Numbered from the stretch's first letter, positions 1 through 9,756 are shown. The stretch is DNA of 64,000 nucleotides from Syntrophobacterales bacterium (GCA_020346125.1 CP070774.1:1565147-1629146), one strand, 5' to 3'. Translations and numbers: made by a program. Notes: generated from the letters alone by a model not told the origin.

Positions 1-501
1 GCGATCAAGCCTATTGCCCTGAAAGCCATCGCCACTATCAGGGAAGCCGTTGATATCCCGATCTCTGGAATCGGCGGCATAGCCACCTGGGAGGATGCCT
101 CGGAGTTTCTCCTCATGGGTGCATCTACGCTGCAACTCTGCACAGAGGTCATGGTTAGGGGATATGGTATCATTGAGGACCTTAATGATGGCCTCAGCAA
201 TTATATGGAGGAACACGGCTTTGCCTCCATAAATGACATGGTGGGCGTGGCCCAGAGAAAAATGAGGGCCCTTTCCGATCTGAGCAAGGAGTACAAAGTG
301 GTCTCCAGTGTGAAAGAGAGCAAATGTGTAAAATGTGATATTTGCTATATCTCCTGCAATGATGCGGGGTACCAGGCTATCAGCCTGAGAGAGGATCGGA
401 TTCCTATTATCGACGAGGAAAAGTGCACGGGGTGTTCTCTGTGCTACCAGGTCTGCCCTGTCTGGGATTGCGTTGCCATGAAAGAGGTGAGCGGTGGGTA
501 A
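1..501 (+). CDS. preA: NAD-dependent dihydropyrimidine dehydrogenase PreA-like subunit, C-terminal part (5' end lies outside the window)
   Basis: Frame 1 is open from base 1 (AIKPIALKAIATIREAVDIPISGIGGI...), so ORF 115..501 is the tail of a longer gene. A DHOD/DPD-type barrel tail is followed by two ferredoxin-type Cys clusters (CVKCDICYISC and CTGCSLCYQVCP). Confidence 0.8.
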   Translation, partial: AIKPIALKAIATIREAVDIPISGIGGIATWEDASEFLLMGASTLQLCTEVMVRGYGIIEDLNDGLSNYMEEHGFASINDMVGVAQRKMRALSDLSKEYKVVSSVKESKCVKCDICYISCNDAGYQAISLREDRIPIIDEEKCTGCSLCYQVCPVWDCVAMKEVSGG

Positions 502-546
502 TGGATATCAACGGATTTTCTGTTCCCATTGTGTAATGACAAATGA

Positions 547-744
547 CAAAGCTCGAAGTTCAATGAAACTGGAAAGAATAACCACCAAAATGTGGATTAT
601 ACGCCCTACGAGGGGTATAAAGGCAAAAGGGGGGCGACTCGCGTGGTCGTCGCACAAGGCAAGGTCTTCATCAAAGAAGGAGAGTTTCTGGGGCAACCCG
701 GACAGGGACGATACATCAAACGGAAGACTTTCAGGATTACGTGA
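547..744 (+). pseudogene. dihydropyrimidinase (hydantoinase) 3' remnant, about 65 codons of a roughly 460-codon gene
   Basis: Frame 1 reads ...NHQNVDYTPYEGYKGKRGATRVVVAQGKVFIKEGEFLGQPGQGRYIKRKTF*. This matches the conserved C-terminus of dihydropyrimidinases (HHQNVDY..FEG....G.P.VV.SQGK.V.E.G.L....G.GRYI.RK.F, recalled from DPYS/Dht). There is no upstream catalytic domain. An ATG at 501 overlaps the preA stop (TAATG) and opens only an 11-codon stub (MDINGFSVPIV*). Confidence 0.6.
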
Positions 745-908
745 GAAATGGTGGTCTGGTTTTTAAAATTTGCAATTTCCAAGTTCTTGGCCGGAAAGAA
801 CCATTGGGCATAAAACTTTTTCAATCAGATACTATTTTAGATTTCAGCTAATTAGATGTGTATGTATATGCATATTTCATCAGGAAACTTCAGTTTTAAA
901 AAAATTGT

Positions 909-937
909 TTGACAAATAAGCGGTATTTGCTTATTAT
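909..937 (+). promoter_or_regulatory. sigma70-type promoter for the permease gene
   Basis: TTGACA (909-914), 17-nt spacer, TATTAT (932-937). This leaves a leader of about 160 nt before the ATG at 1103 (SD AAGGAGG at about 1089). Confidence 0.5.
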
Positions 938-1102
938 GGCAAAAATTTTTAGGACAAATTTGCCGAGCCCTAACCATTGATAAAAATCTCAAGTCCATTT
1001 TTTGGGAAAGGAGGTGAAATTAGTTTATCTTCTTTAAATCATTAACTATAAGGAAGTGAAGGGTCTTATAGGCAATAACATTCTAAAAAAGGAGGGGTAA
1101 AT

Positions 1103-2527
1103 ATGGCTGCAGAAAAGAAGTGGATTATTTACACCATAGAAGACAAGCCACCAGCAGGTGAAAGCATCTTCCTTGGGATCCAGCATTATCTGACCATGTT
1201 TGGGGCCACGGTCTTGATTCCCCTTATCCTTGCGGGGGCGATGAAAATGCCAGCTGGAGATACGGCGCTTCTCATCTCGACGATCTTTCTCGCTTCGGGA
1301 ATCACGACGTGGCTTCAGTCCACCATCGGAAATAGGCTTCCTGTGATTCAGGGCGGGTCTTTCTCCTTTCTCCCCCCGGCCTTTGTCATCATCGGAGCCA
1401 CGGTCGGGCAGGGAATGGGCTATGAGATTGCCGTCCAGCAGATCACCGGTGCCATCATCATCGCTTCTGCGTTTGAGATCGTCCTTGGATGGTCCGGAAT
1501 CATCGGAAAGGTGAAGAAATATGTGGGCCCTGTCACCATTGGACCCACCATCGCCCTGATCGGACTGGCGCTGTACAAGGTGGGGGCCCCTGTGGCCTTT
1601 TCAGGAGGATTGGGAGGAAGCTGGCTCGTTGCCGGACTCACCATCATTGCCCTGATACTTTACTCCCAGTTTTTCGGGAAAAAGTCGAGGCTCTTTCTCC
1701 TGTTTCCCGTCCTTCTCGCCATCGTCACCGGATGGGTCATCGCCATCATCATTACGGCAGTGGGTTGGGTTGGGCCCGGGCATCCGGCCTATGTTGACTG
1801 GACAAAGGTGGCTGAAGCCCCATGGGTCAGCTACATGCCCATTGTTCCATTTAAATGGGGCGTCCCGCAGTTTAAAATCGCCCTCATCCTTGCCATGGTG
1901 GCCGCGTACCTGGCCTCCATGATTGAGTCGATTGGAGACTACTACGCAGTCGCACGGATCAGTGAGGCGCCGACCCCAACGGCTTCCATGATCAGCAGGG
2001 GTTTGGGAACCGAGGGAATCGGCTGTCTCATCGCCGGATTGATTCAGACCTGTAATGGTTCGACAACCTATTCGGAGAACATCGGGGCTATCGGTCTGAC
2101 CAGGGTGGCCAGCCGCCACGTAGTGAGATGGGGAGCCTCGGTGATGATCATCCTCGCCTTTGTAACAAAGTTTGGGGCGATCTTTACCACCATGCCAGGC
2201 CCTGTGGTGGGCGCCATGTACTGTGGGCTTTTCGGCATGATCGCCGCAGTGGGGTTGTCCAACCTCGTGCTCTGTGACATGACCTCTTCCCGGAACCTGT
2301 TTATCATCGGCTTCGCCTTCTTCATGGGCTTGAGTCTGCCCGAGTACTTCGACAAGTTCCCCATGGGTGCAGACTGGCCTGTCAGCGTGAGGTGGCTGGG
2401 TGATATCATCACAACCGTAGGGAAAACGGGAATGGCAGTTGCTGGACTCATCGGCCTTACCCTCGATAATATTCTTCCTGGAACAGAGGAGGAGAGAGGA
2501 CTCAAGGCATGGGCCGAAGCTGGATAA
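1103..2527 (+). CDS. nucleobase:cation symporter-2 (NCS2) family xanthine/uracil permease
   Basis: 474-aa polytopic membrane protein with NCS2-type motifs (IQGGSFSF, SENIGAIGLTRVASR). Strong SD; followed by a canonical terminator. Confidence 0.85.
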   Translation: MAAEKKWIIYTIEDKPPAGESIFLGIQHYLTMFGATVLIPLILAGAMKMPAGDTALLISTIFLASGITTWLQSTIGNRLPVIQGGSFSFLPPAFVIIGATVGQGMGYEIAVQQITGAIIIASAFEIVLGWSGIIGKVKKYVGPVTIGPTIALIGLALYKVGAPVAFSGGLGGSWLVAGLTIIALILYSQFFGKKSRLFLLFPVLLAIVTGWVIAIIITAVGWVGPGHPAYVDWTKVAEAPWVSYMPIVPFKWGVPQFKIALILAMVAAYLASMIESIGDYYAVARISEAPTPTASMISRGLGTEGIGCLIAGLIQTCNGSTTYSENIGAIGLTRVASRHVVRWGASVMIILAFVTKFGAIFTTMPGPVVGAMYCGLFGMIAAVGLSNLVLCDMTSSRNLFIIGFAFFMGLSLPEYFDKFPMGADWPVSVRWLGDIITTVGKTGMAVAGLIGLTLDNILPGTEEERGLKAWAEAG

Positions 2528-2566
2528 TAATCCAGTTGGCGGTAAATTGCACAATTCGCTTTATCG

Positions 2567-2596
2567 GTGGGGTTCCCGAGGAACCCCACTTTTTTT
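2567..2596 (+). terminator. rho-independent terminator of the permease gene
   Basis: Perfect 10-bp stem GTGGGGTTCC / GGAACCCCAC with loop CGA, followed by T7. Confidence 0.85.
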
Positions 2597-2613
2597 GTCA
2601 GTAAATAGATGGA

Positions 2614-2690
2614 GGACTCTGAGAAACTTGAAAAACGAACTCTGAGCGCGAGTATTTTGAGCAGCGAAGAGCGAGTTTTTCAGAGGTCTC
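2614..2690. repeat. dispersed palindromic intergenic repeat, family 1, copy A
   Basis: GACTCTGAGAAACTTGAAAAACGAACTC ... GAGCGAGTTTTTCAGAGGTCTC. The left arm nearly matches copy B (17133-17188). The reverse complement matches the outer arms of copy C (54791-54975). Confidence 0.6.
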
Positions 2691-2715
2691 AAAGGAATGA
2701 ATGGATACCGGGTAA

Positions 2716-3219
2716 TTAGTGACATACATGGAGGGGCTTCTTTACAAGGTCTCCGACTTTCTCGCCCAGGGAACAGAGTGCCGCTTTGTCTGGCACATCC
2801 TGAATCAGTCGAAGGGTCGTGCCTGAAGAAAGGACAGCATCGAATCGATAGAGGAAGAGATCTCCCTTGAAACGATACTTATTCACCTGAAACCCTCTAA
2901 TCTCCTCAAAGGGAACCTGCCAGGAGCGCCATATGCCCCTGAGGAAAAGCACCTTTCTCTCTCCATTAAAAAGTATATTTCTATAGTGCCGGGATTGTCG
3001 AATCAAAATGTAAAAAACAAGGGGAGCGACAAGGAGCAATGTGATCGCGATGAAATATGGAAGTATCTCTCCGCCAGGCTGCGAAAAGAAATAAACGAGA
3101 ATGGCAAAAACCCCCCATATCAAGATTATGACAATTCCTGCGTCCACAAGGATATTTTTGATTGGAAACTTGCCACCTGCATGAATTGAGATCGATTTCC
3201 CCTTTTCGAGAACTTCCAT
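2716..3219 (-). CDS. hypothetical membrane protein (two TM helices plus a soluble C-terminal domain)
   Basis: 167-aa ORF with clear hydrophobic segments (ILIWGVFAILVYFF, FIAITLLLVAPLVFYILI). No recognisable family. Confidence 0.5.
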   Translation of the reverse strand: MEVLEKGKSISIHAGGKFPIKNILVDAGIVIILIWGVFAILVYFFSQPGGEILPYFIAITLLLVAPLVFYILIRQSRHYRNILFNGERKVLFLRGIWRSWQVPFEEIRGFQVNKYRFKGDLFLYRFDAVLSSGTTLRLIQDVPDKAALCSLGEKVGDLVKKPLHVCH

Positions 3220-3576
3220 ATTAGCCCTTCAGGCGCTCAGTTGGAAATAAACGCCTATCCCCGTAAGGCGATTGCTTCAAAATGGTGAATGCGATTGGAG
3301 TGACGATCACTAAATCCAAAGCACGAAATCCGAAACAATTTCGAAATCATAAATTCAAATGAACCAAACTATGGTTTGATATTCTGCCAGTTGATGATAG
3401 AATTTGTTTCGGCCTGCGACGAGGAGTTCGGCTGAGGCTCCCTTCGGGTCTGAGCCTCAGGGTCGAAGACACTCGAAGCCCTCAGCCGAGTCGATTTCGA
3501 TATTCGAATTTCTCAAAGAGGTTCTTCGCCTAAAGCCGAGGGTTCTCTCGTTACCCGAGTATGATCAAAATTCTTC

Positions 3577-4092
3577 TTATTTCTTGAGCCCTGAGGCCAA
3601 CTCGATCTCCTTCATTAACTCGTCAAGATTATGATCGGCCTCTTGACAACACTCCTTCAGATAGTCCTCAGCAGCCTTTGTCACCATCCATCGCTCAAGA
3701 AAAACCCCCATGCCGACCGATGGCCTGAGCTCCGTTTCCATAAGGCCAATCGGGCGGCTGAGCCAGGAAAAGGCCTCCATCATGAGACGAAAAAGAGGCG
3801 ACTGTCCCTCCTCCTTTTCCCTGTATTTCTCATCGAATTCCCTGATGGATGGACGTATCTCCCTTTCTATTCTCTCCTTGTAGGCCCTCATGAAACGGAC
3901 ATTTTTTCTCTTCCTCTCGTCTATCCACGCACGAAATTCTTTCATGGTCTTCAGAAGGACCATGAGCTCCACCTCGAATGGAGTGACCTGACCCTGTACT
4001 CCCGGGGTGGATATCACCCCTGCCCCACATTTTCGACAGAACAGATCTCCCTGTTCGTAGGGGGTTGCACATCTCGGGCAGTTCGTTTTCAA
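3577..4092 (-). CDS. zinc-ribbon domain protein, hypothetical
   Basis: N-terminal CPRC...CRKCG zinc ribbon followed by a charged helical region. Confidence 0.55.
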   Translation of the reverse strand: MKTNCPRCATPYEQGDLFCRKCGAGVISTPGVQGQVTPFEVELMVLLKTMKEFRAWIDERKRKNVRFMRAYKERIEREIRPSIREFDEKYREKEEGQSPLFRLMMEAFSWLSRPIGLMETELRPSVGMGVFLERWMVTKAAEDYLKECCQEADHNLDELMKEIELASGLKK

Positions 4093-4128
4093 GTAATCAC
4101 ACCAACCCGTTGCGGCTTTCTATCCAGC

Positions 4129-4341
4129 CTATTTTCGCCTCCAGATAAAGTAGACAAAGAAGACCACCACACCGGCAAAAATGATTGCCCAGGGCAGCTT
4201 CCCTTCCCCCTTGTAAGCCTCGATCCCCACGGTAAAGGCAAGGATCAGACCCAAGACTATCCATTTGAGGTGTTTTCTCATGGGATATTCTCCATCGTTA
4301 CCCAGCCGGAGAACCTCTTTCCCGACTCCCCTTTCCAGCAC
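4129..4341 (-). CDS. small hypothetical membrane protein
   Basis: 70-aa ORF with two hydrophobic helices. Weak support only. Confidence 0.35.
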   Translation of the reverse strand: MLERGVGKEVLRLGNDGEYPMRKHLKWIVLGLILAFTVGIEAYKGEGKLPWAIIFAGVVVFFVYFIWRRK

Positions 4342-4659
4342 TAAAGATTACTCTCTATTCTAAAATCTCTTCTCGTTCAAGATCTTTTCTCTCCGAGCCG
4401 GCTGCCACCGTCCATTAACCCATTATTCCACCATTCCAGTACCCCAATTGCGAAGCCCCTAGGTTCTTCCTTTCTCCGCCGAAAACTATGCGCTTCTGGC
4501 CTGAAAGCATTAAGTGGATGAGCGCATCACCACTATAGGGAAGCGGGAAAGGCCGGTACTGGAATAATAGGAGTTGTGCCTCAAAACCCGATTCCTGGAA
4601 TCCCAGAGGACAGAAGTCTGAGGGCCCGGGAGGATGCAGGCTAAGGGAAAAAAGGGGAC

Positions 4660-5103
4660 CTAGACCGTTTCGAGGAGAGATTGTAATGTGAACTTACGAT
4701 CTTGTCTTTTTTTGGCCACCCTCTTAAATGCTACCGGGATATCAGCCATCAAGGAATACGATAGTTCAGCCACCGTAAGATAGAATTTCTCTATCTTATC
4801 CTCCATCTCCAGGGCCATCCGTAAGGCATCGGCCAGAGTTGTACCTGGGGCTGAATTAATAACAAATTCATAATCATCCGCATCGAGGCCCTCAAAAGAG
4901 TAACAGGCCTCAATGGTATCTGTTATCACCCCAAAATAGGTCTGTTTTATCACCTTCTCGAATCTCTTATTTTCCTTAATAAAAGACGAAAAGGTTTCTC
5001 CTGTTTTCGGATATCTACGGGCGTAATCCTGGTAGAATTCAGCGGACTCATTCTCTATCTTTGAGACAAAGCTCATGACCGCTGCCATTGTGTTTAATTT
5101 CAT
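4660..5103 (-). CDS. ferritin-like / rubrerythrin-like domain protein
   Basis: Helical protein with ExxY and E..E-type pairs (ENESAEFYQDY, ALEMEDKIEKFY). The ATG at 5103 overlaps the mmsA stop (TAATG), suggesting translational coupling. Confidence 0.5.
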   Translation of the reverse strand: MKLNTMAAVMSFVSKIENESAEFYQDYARRYPKTGETFSSFIKENKRFEKVIKQTYFGVITDTIEACYSFEGLDADDYEFVINSAPGTTLADALRMALEMEDKIEKFYLTVAELSYSLMADIPVAFKRVAKKRQDRKFTLQSLLETV

Positions 5104-6566
5104 TAGAACCACCTCTGAATAACTATCTTGGGGTCGGTGAAGAATCGGATGACATCTCTGCCTTGTCCATGTGTTACGCCAAAGAAGGAATCCTTCCGTC
5201 CGCCAAATGGGAAGAACGACATGGGCGCTACAATCCCTATATTGATGCCGACGTTACCTGCTTCCACATCATGTTGAAATTGTCTGGCCCATTTTCCGCT
5301 GGTAGTATAAATCGATGCGGCATTACCATAGGGGATGCCATTGATAATTCTTATCGCTTCATCCAGGTCCTTGGCCCTCAATAGAGAAGCCACCGGTCCG
5401 AAGATTTCCTCCCTGGCGAGGCTCATATCCGGTGTCACATTCTCAAAAACAGTCGGGTTAAGGAAACAGGTTTCCGGAACATCTCCCACGAGGTTTAGCT
5501 TCCTCCCATCAAGGGCCAGTTTAGCACCCTCTTTAATCCCTCTTTCAATAACCCCAGCGACCCTTTGTTTTGATGCTACATTTTGCAGGGGGCCCATCTG
5601 CACGGATTCATCAAGACCGTCGCCTACCTTTATGTTGGCTGCCGCCTCCACGAACTTATCCGCAAACCTCTTATAAAACGCATCATCACCAACTACCAGG
5701 GCATTGGCCCCAGATAGGCAGCGCTGGCCGGTATTGCCGAAGAATGACGACATTAGACTTGCCATAGAACTATCGAGTTCAGCATCGGGCATAATAACGA
5801 TAAAATTCTTGGCCCCAGTTTGGGCGATAACCTTCTTGCCAGCTTCACCGCACTTCCGGTAAACAATTCTGCCCACCGGCGTAGAGCCAACAAAGGTCAC
5901 ACCTTGAATATCAGGATGTTCCATGAGATTATTGGCTACATCCGTAGCCCCATTAACAAGATTCACCACACCCGGTGGAAGTCCTACCTCGTCAAAAAGC
6001 ATAAATAGGTCAGCCTGACTCATAGGGGCCCTGGGAGAAGGCTTAACGATGAAGGTATTTCCGCATGCAATGGCAAAAGGCAAGTACCATAGGGGCACCA
6101 TGAAGGGGAAATTGAAGGGAGCCAAGGTGCAAAAGACCCCCAAGGGCTGGTAAATGGCATATTCGTCAATACCCACTGCAATATCTTCCAGATTGAACCC
6201 CTGCATTAATGAAGGGATCCCCGAAGCCACTTCTACCATTTCAATGGCACGCCTGGTTTCACCTCTTGATTCATCGATTGTTTTGCCATGCTCAGTTGTC
6301 TGCACCCTACTCAGTTCATCGAATCTCTCCTCCATCAATTCAATCAGCCTCAAGAGATACCTGCATCTGGTCACGGGTGGGGTGTTTCTCCATTCCGGAA
6401 AGGCGTCTTTCGCCGCCTGAACTGCACGATAAACTTCGGTTTGCGTGCTCATAGGAACATGACACAAAAGCTTATCCCAGGCCGGATTTCGTACTTCTTC
6501 AAGCTCATTTGATTCAGAGGCGACCCATTCACCATTGATGTAATTTTGAAGTTTCCTGACCTCCAT
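5103..6566 (-). CDS. mmsA: CoA-acylating methylmalonate/malonate-semialdehyde dehydrogenase (ALDH superfamily)
   Basis: 487 aa. N-terminus NYINGEWV...NP, catalytic GQRCLSG, and FGG.K.S.FG tail typical of MMSDH. Confidence 0.85.
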   Translation of the reverse strand: MEVRKLQNYINGEWVASESNELEEVRNPAWDKLLCHVPMSTQTEVYRAVQAAKDAFPEWRNTPPVTRCRYLLRLIELMEERFDELSRVQTTEHGKTIDESRGETRRAIEMVEVASGIPSLMQGFNLEDIAVGIDEYAIYQPLGVFCTLAPFNFPFMVPLWYLPFAIACGNTFIVKPSPRAPMSQADLFMLFDEVGLPPGVVNLVNGATDVANNLMEHPDIQGVTFVGSTPVGRIVYRKCGEAGKKVIAQTGAKNFIVIMPDAELDSSMASLMSSFFGNTGQRCLSGANALVVGDDAFYKRFADKFVEAAANIKVGDGLDESVQMGPLQNVASKQRVAGVIERGIKEGAKLALDGRKLNLVGDVPETCFLNPTVFENVTPDMSLAREEIFGPVASLLRAKDLDEAIRIINGIPYGNAASIYTTSGKWARQFQHDVEAGNVGINIGIVAPMSFFPFGGRKDSFFGVTHGQGRDVIRFFTDPKIVIQRWF

Positions 6567-6843
6567 TTTTTCCTCCTTCGCCGTAGAGAATGTGAGCGTT
6601 TGGAAATTGATCGTCCCCTCCTCTTTCCACGTTTGTCCTCACATTCGGTCAGAGTAACGTAATGTAACGAATCCTGCCTTTGGAAGGCAAAAATATCACG
6701 AAGAAGTCTAACGGGTCAAGCAGAAAAGCATGCACGAGACATTGTGCCCAAGGAAGAAACGACGTAAGGAATGCTCGGAGAATTCTCCTCAAATTTTACT
6801 CCCTCCGCTCAGGGCGAATGCCCTGCTGAGAGCACGAGGATAG

Positions 6844-7152
6844 ATTACACAGATTCTCAAGACTCGCCCTATGGGGGGGCCTTATCCATATATCCATAAA
6901 AAGGCCATGAATCACCCAGCAATTGCCGAGTACGGCAAGATAATGGCGGGAAAAGTGCTGGGGATTTAAGTGATTGCTTCTTCGTAACTCGGGACTGGAA
7001 AAACTCAAGGCCAAGTACGACGTAATTAGTGACGTCCGCGGCAAAGGTTTGACAGGAGCCGATAAACTCGTAAAGGATCGAAAAACCAAAGAACCTGCAA
7101 AAATCGACGGCCACAAGAGGTCCAAAGGCCCTCCTGAGATCCTCGTCGTCAA
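6844..7152 (+). pseudogene. possible class-III aminotransferase C-terminal remnant (frameshifted), opposite in orientation to the surrounding operon
   Basis: Frame 2 reads LEKLKAKYDVISDVRGKGLTGADKLVKDRKTKEPA, resembling the conserved y..igdVRGkGLm.g.ElVkDr.TKeP block. Frame 1 upstream reads IHKKAMNHPAIAE, weakly like H..TysgHP.a.Aa. No intact ORF. Confidence 0.35.
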
Positions 7153-7159
7153 TAAATCG

Positions 7160-8488
7160 CTATGCTCTCATTTCTTGTGCAATCTTCTGCGTCGCCCGGA
7201 TGATCTTGTCGATATCCTCATCTGAATGTTCTGTAGAGAGTGCCCCCCCGCCCTTTACCACGAATACCCCTTCGTTCATCATCCTCAATTTGTACTCGAC
7301 GTCTCTCTTTTGGGAATCAGTGCGATCGAGAATATCCCTTGGACTCCTTATTCCCTCATCTTTTCCGAACGGAAAGACGACCTGATAGAGGGAGCCATAT
7401 CCATGGCACCGGGCGTTGATGCCGTTTTGTCGGAGGGCTTCCTCCACACCCCGCCTCACCCTTTCACCCATCTCCCTCAATTTCGGGTAAATCAAATGGG
7501 CGCTCTCCTTGAGGTATTGGACCTGGAGGAGCCCAGCCATCATACCTATGGGCGTACCCGAGAAGGTTCCACCTCCGATGTTAACACGTTCCCATGTATT
7601 GGGCCTTGTAATATGATCGCACATATCCATGATATCCCTTCTTCCGACGATAATACCTATGGGCATTCCTCCTCCGGCAACCTTCCCGAGGGTAGTCAAA
7701 TCGGGCACTATTCCGAACTCCTCCTGTGCTCCCCCGAGGGATACCCGAAAACCCGTTATGATCTCATCGAAGATCAGCAGTGCCCCTACTCTCAGCGTCT
7801 CTTCCCTCAGTGCCTTCAGGTAATGGACATCTGCTGGGATGCATCCAGCACCTGGTACAGGCTCGATGATGACCCCTGCCAAATCATGAGCGTCTTCCGC
7901 GATGGCCCTCATGGCCGCCTCGATGTCATTGAAGGGAAGGGTCTTCGTGTACCTGGACGTCTCCGGTAAGAGGCCGAGGCTTTCGGCACTTTCCAAGGGG
8001 GAGGTGATTTTGTACATGAGCTCGGGATTGGGGCCGTGCCAACCCCCCTCTATCTTGAGGATCACCTTCCGATCGGTGTACCCCCTCGCCAGCCTGACGG
8101 CATACATGGTGGCCTCGGTTCCGGTGCAGCAGAATCGAACCTTCTCGGCCGAGGGGATGATGTCGCAGAGCATCTCCGCGAATTCCACCTCGTGCTGATT
8201 TACGATCCCGACATGGAGGCCATCGGATAGCTTTTGAGCCAGTCCATCGATAATAAAGTCAGGGGCATGGCCAGTTATGCGGGCATAGTGGGCCATCCAC
8301 AGATCCACATACTCGTTTCCATCCACATCCCAAAACTTCGATCCCTTTGCCCTGATCGCATAAACGGGGTAGGGCCAGTGGTACCTATAGGAGTGGCCAA
8401 TTCCCCCGGGCATCACCTTCTCCGCCCTCTGAAAAAGTGCCTCAGATTTAGGAGTAGAACCTCGATACCTCTCCAACACCTCTTCCAT
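7160..8488 (-). CDS. class-III PLP-dependent aminotransferase, glutamate-1-semialdehyde aminomutase-like
   Basis: 442 aa. HemL-like signature: MPGG, FCCTGTEATM, FDEIITGFR, and the PLP lysine in TLGKVAGGGMP. Confidence 0.85.
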   Translation of the reverse strand: MEEVLERYRGSTPKSEALFQRAEKVMPGGIGHSYRYHWPYPVYAIRAKGSKFWDVDGNEYVDLWMAHYARITGHAPDFIIDGLAQKLSDGLHVGIVNQHEVEFAEMLCDIIPSAEKVRFCCTGTEATMYAVRLARGYTDRKVILKIEGGWHGPNPELMYKITSPLESAESLGLLPETSRYTKTLPFNDIEAAMRAIAEDAHDLAGVIIEPVPGAGCIPADVHYLKALREETLRVGALLIFDEIITGFRVSLGGAQEEFGIVPDLTTLGKVAGGGMPIGIIVGRRDIMDMCDHITRPNTWERVNIGGGTFSGTPIGMMAGLLQVQYLKESAHLIYPKLREMGERVRRGVEEALRQNGINARCHGYGSLYQVVFPFGKDEGIRSPRDILDRTDSQKRDVEYKLRMMNEGVFVVKGGGALSTEHSDEDIDKIIRATQKIAQEMRA

Positions 8489-8531
8489 CTTCCCACCTTT
8501 TCCGTTATAGGTTATCCTGCCATTTCCGATA

Positions 8532-9701
8532 TCAAATCACCGCCTCTTCTATAATCAACTGCTCCATCTCGAATCTCGCCATGCCAAGGCAACTCACATC
8601 GACGGTCTCATATCTCCCCAGTCGAATCGCCTCAGAGAGCGCCTTTCCCACGGCGGGGGCCTGCTGGAGGCCATGGCCGCTGAAACCCACCGCCATGTAA
8701 AACCCCTTAACCTCGGGGTGTTCGCCCAAGATGGCGTTATGATCTAATCGGTTCTCCGCATAGAGGCCTGCCCACCCTCCTTGCAGCCTCAAGCGATCGA
8801 AGAGCGGGATCCTGTGGGCGAGTTCCGGCCAGATCTCGTCGTAAAAGAGGGCCTTCTCCCATGTGAAGTTGACCCCGATGGGTTCATCCTCATTGGATTT
8901 TCCCGTGAGAATCCTTCCCCCGGTTTCGGTTCTGAAATAGAGGCCGGTGGTGTTGATGGTTAGGGGCACTTCGTAATTGAACTCATTGGGTGTTTTGCAT
9001 TCATATACCATACGCCTCAGGGGATCTACTGGGATATCGATCCCTGCCATTACCCCCACATCTCGAGCAAAAGGTCCGGCGGCATTCACCACGATGGGGC
9101 TCTGAATCCACTCCCCTTTCCTCGTCTTTACCCCATTGACCCCGTTGGACTTCACTGAAATGTTCACCGCTTCATCGGTGAGATATCTGGCTCCCATGGA
9201 CTTCGCCTTTTTCACGAAGCCGTTCAGGACCCCATGGGGATCTACGTATCCGGCCCGGGGGCCGAAGGTGGCCCCTGCCACGCCCTCAAGGTTAACATGG
9301 GGAATGATTTCCAGGATCTCATGTGGTTTGAGGAGCCGAACTTCCATTCCTTGAGAGGTCTGAAACTCGTGGAGTTTCTTCATGACCGGCCACTTCTCCT
9401 TTCTGCCAAAAAAGAGATACCCTCGCTGGCGAAAATCCGCATGGGGCCTTTCCCCATCAACCTCCATGAGTTCATCAAACTGCTCGAAGAAAGGTACGTT
9501 ATAGCGCGCAATATCAATGTTAACTTTGGTGCCAAATTGCTGCCTTATCCCCCCTATGCTCAGAGCCGTTGAAGAGTGTTCATACGTGGGGTCTCTCTCC
9601 AGAACGAGGACCTTGCCGTTAAATCCATCGTTCAAGAGGTTATAGGCGATGCTCGAACCCATCAACGCGCCCCCAATGATCACCACATCAGCTATCTCCA
9701 T
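8532..9701 (-). CDS. FAD-dependent oxidoreductase (DAO family, sarcosine/D-amino-acid oxidase-like)
   Basis: N-terminal Rossmann motif ADVVIIGGALMG and DAO-type C-terminal GFSGHGLQQAP motif. Confidence 0.85.
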   Translation of the reverse strand: MEIADVVIIGGALMGSSIAYNLLNDGFNGKVLVLERDPTYEHSSTALSIGGIRQQFGTKVNIDIARYNVPFFEQFDELMEVDGERPHADFRQRGYLFFGRKEKWPVMKKLHEFQTSQGMEVRLLKPHEILEIIPHVNLEGVAGATFGPRAGYVDPHGVLNGFVKKAKSMGARYLTDEAVNISVKSNGVNGVKTRKGEWIQSPIVVNAAGPFARDVGVMAGIDIPVDPLRRMVYECKTPNEFNYEVPLTINTTGLYFRTETGGRILTGKSNEDEPIGVNFTWEKALFYDEIWPELAHRIPLFDRLRLQGGWAGLYAENRLDHNAILGEHPEVKGFYMAVGFSGHGLQQAPAVGKALSEAIRLGRYETVDVSCLGMARFEMEQLIIEEAVI

Positions 9702-9756
9702 AGAATCAACCGCAATTTATCCGTACTGTAACGTAATTTTCAAGGTTTTACCCTTA

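Noticed and set aside
494-824. ORFs 494..766(+), 508..696(-) and 606..824(-) in the preA-permease gap.
   Set aside because: They overlap the frame-1 dihydropyrimidinase relic, which is the only reading with family similarity. Their own translations are featureless.
944-1102. Riboswitch (purine/xanthine-type) or leader peptide in the 160-nt permease leader, including a GTG-initiated 7-codon uORF at about 1015.
   Set aside because: The purine-riboswitch core was not recognisable. The leader is AT-rich with only short stems (GGCAAA...TTTGCC, CTATAAG...CTTATAG). The uORF has no usable SD spacing.
1601-2554. Long antisense ORFs opposite well-supported genes. Examples: 1601..2554(-), 3631..4344(+), 7226..7969(+), 14965..15633(+), 21175..22005(+), 22498..23235(+), 29361..30014(-), 30027..30686(-), 42335..43327(-), 43759..44313(-).
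   Set aside because: Each lies fully inside a gene with strong family motifs on the other strand. Their translations are low-complexity (Arg/Pro/Gly/Ser-rich) with no recognisable domains or SD sequences.
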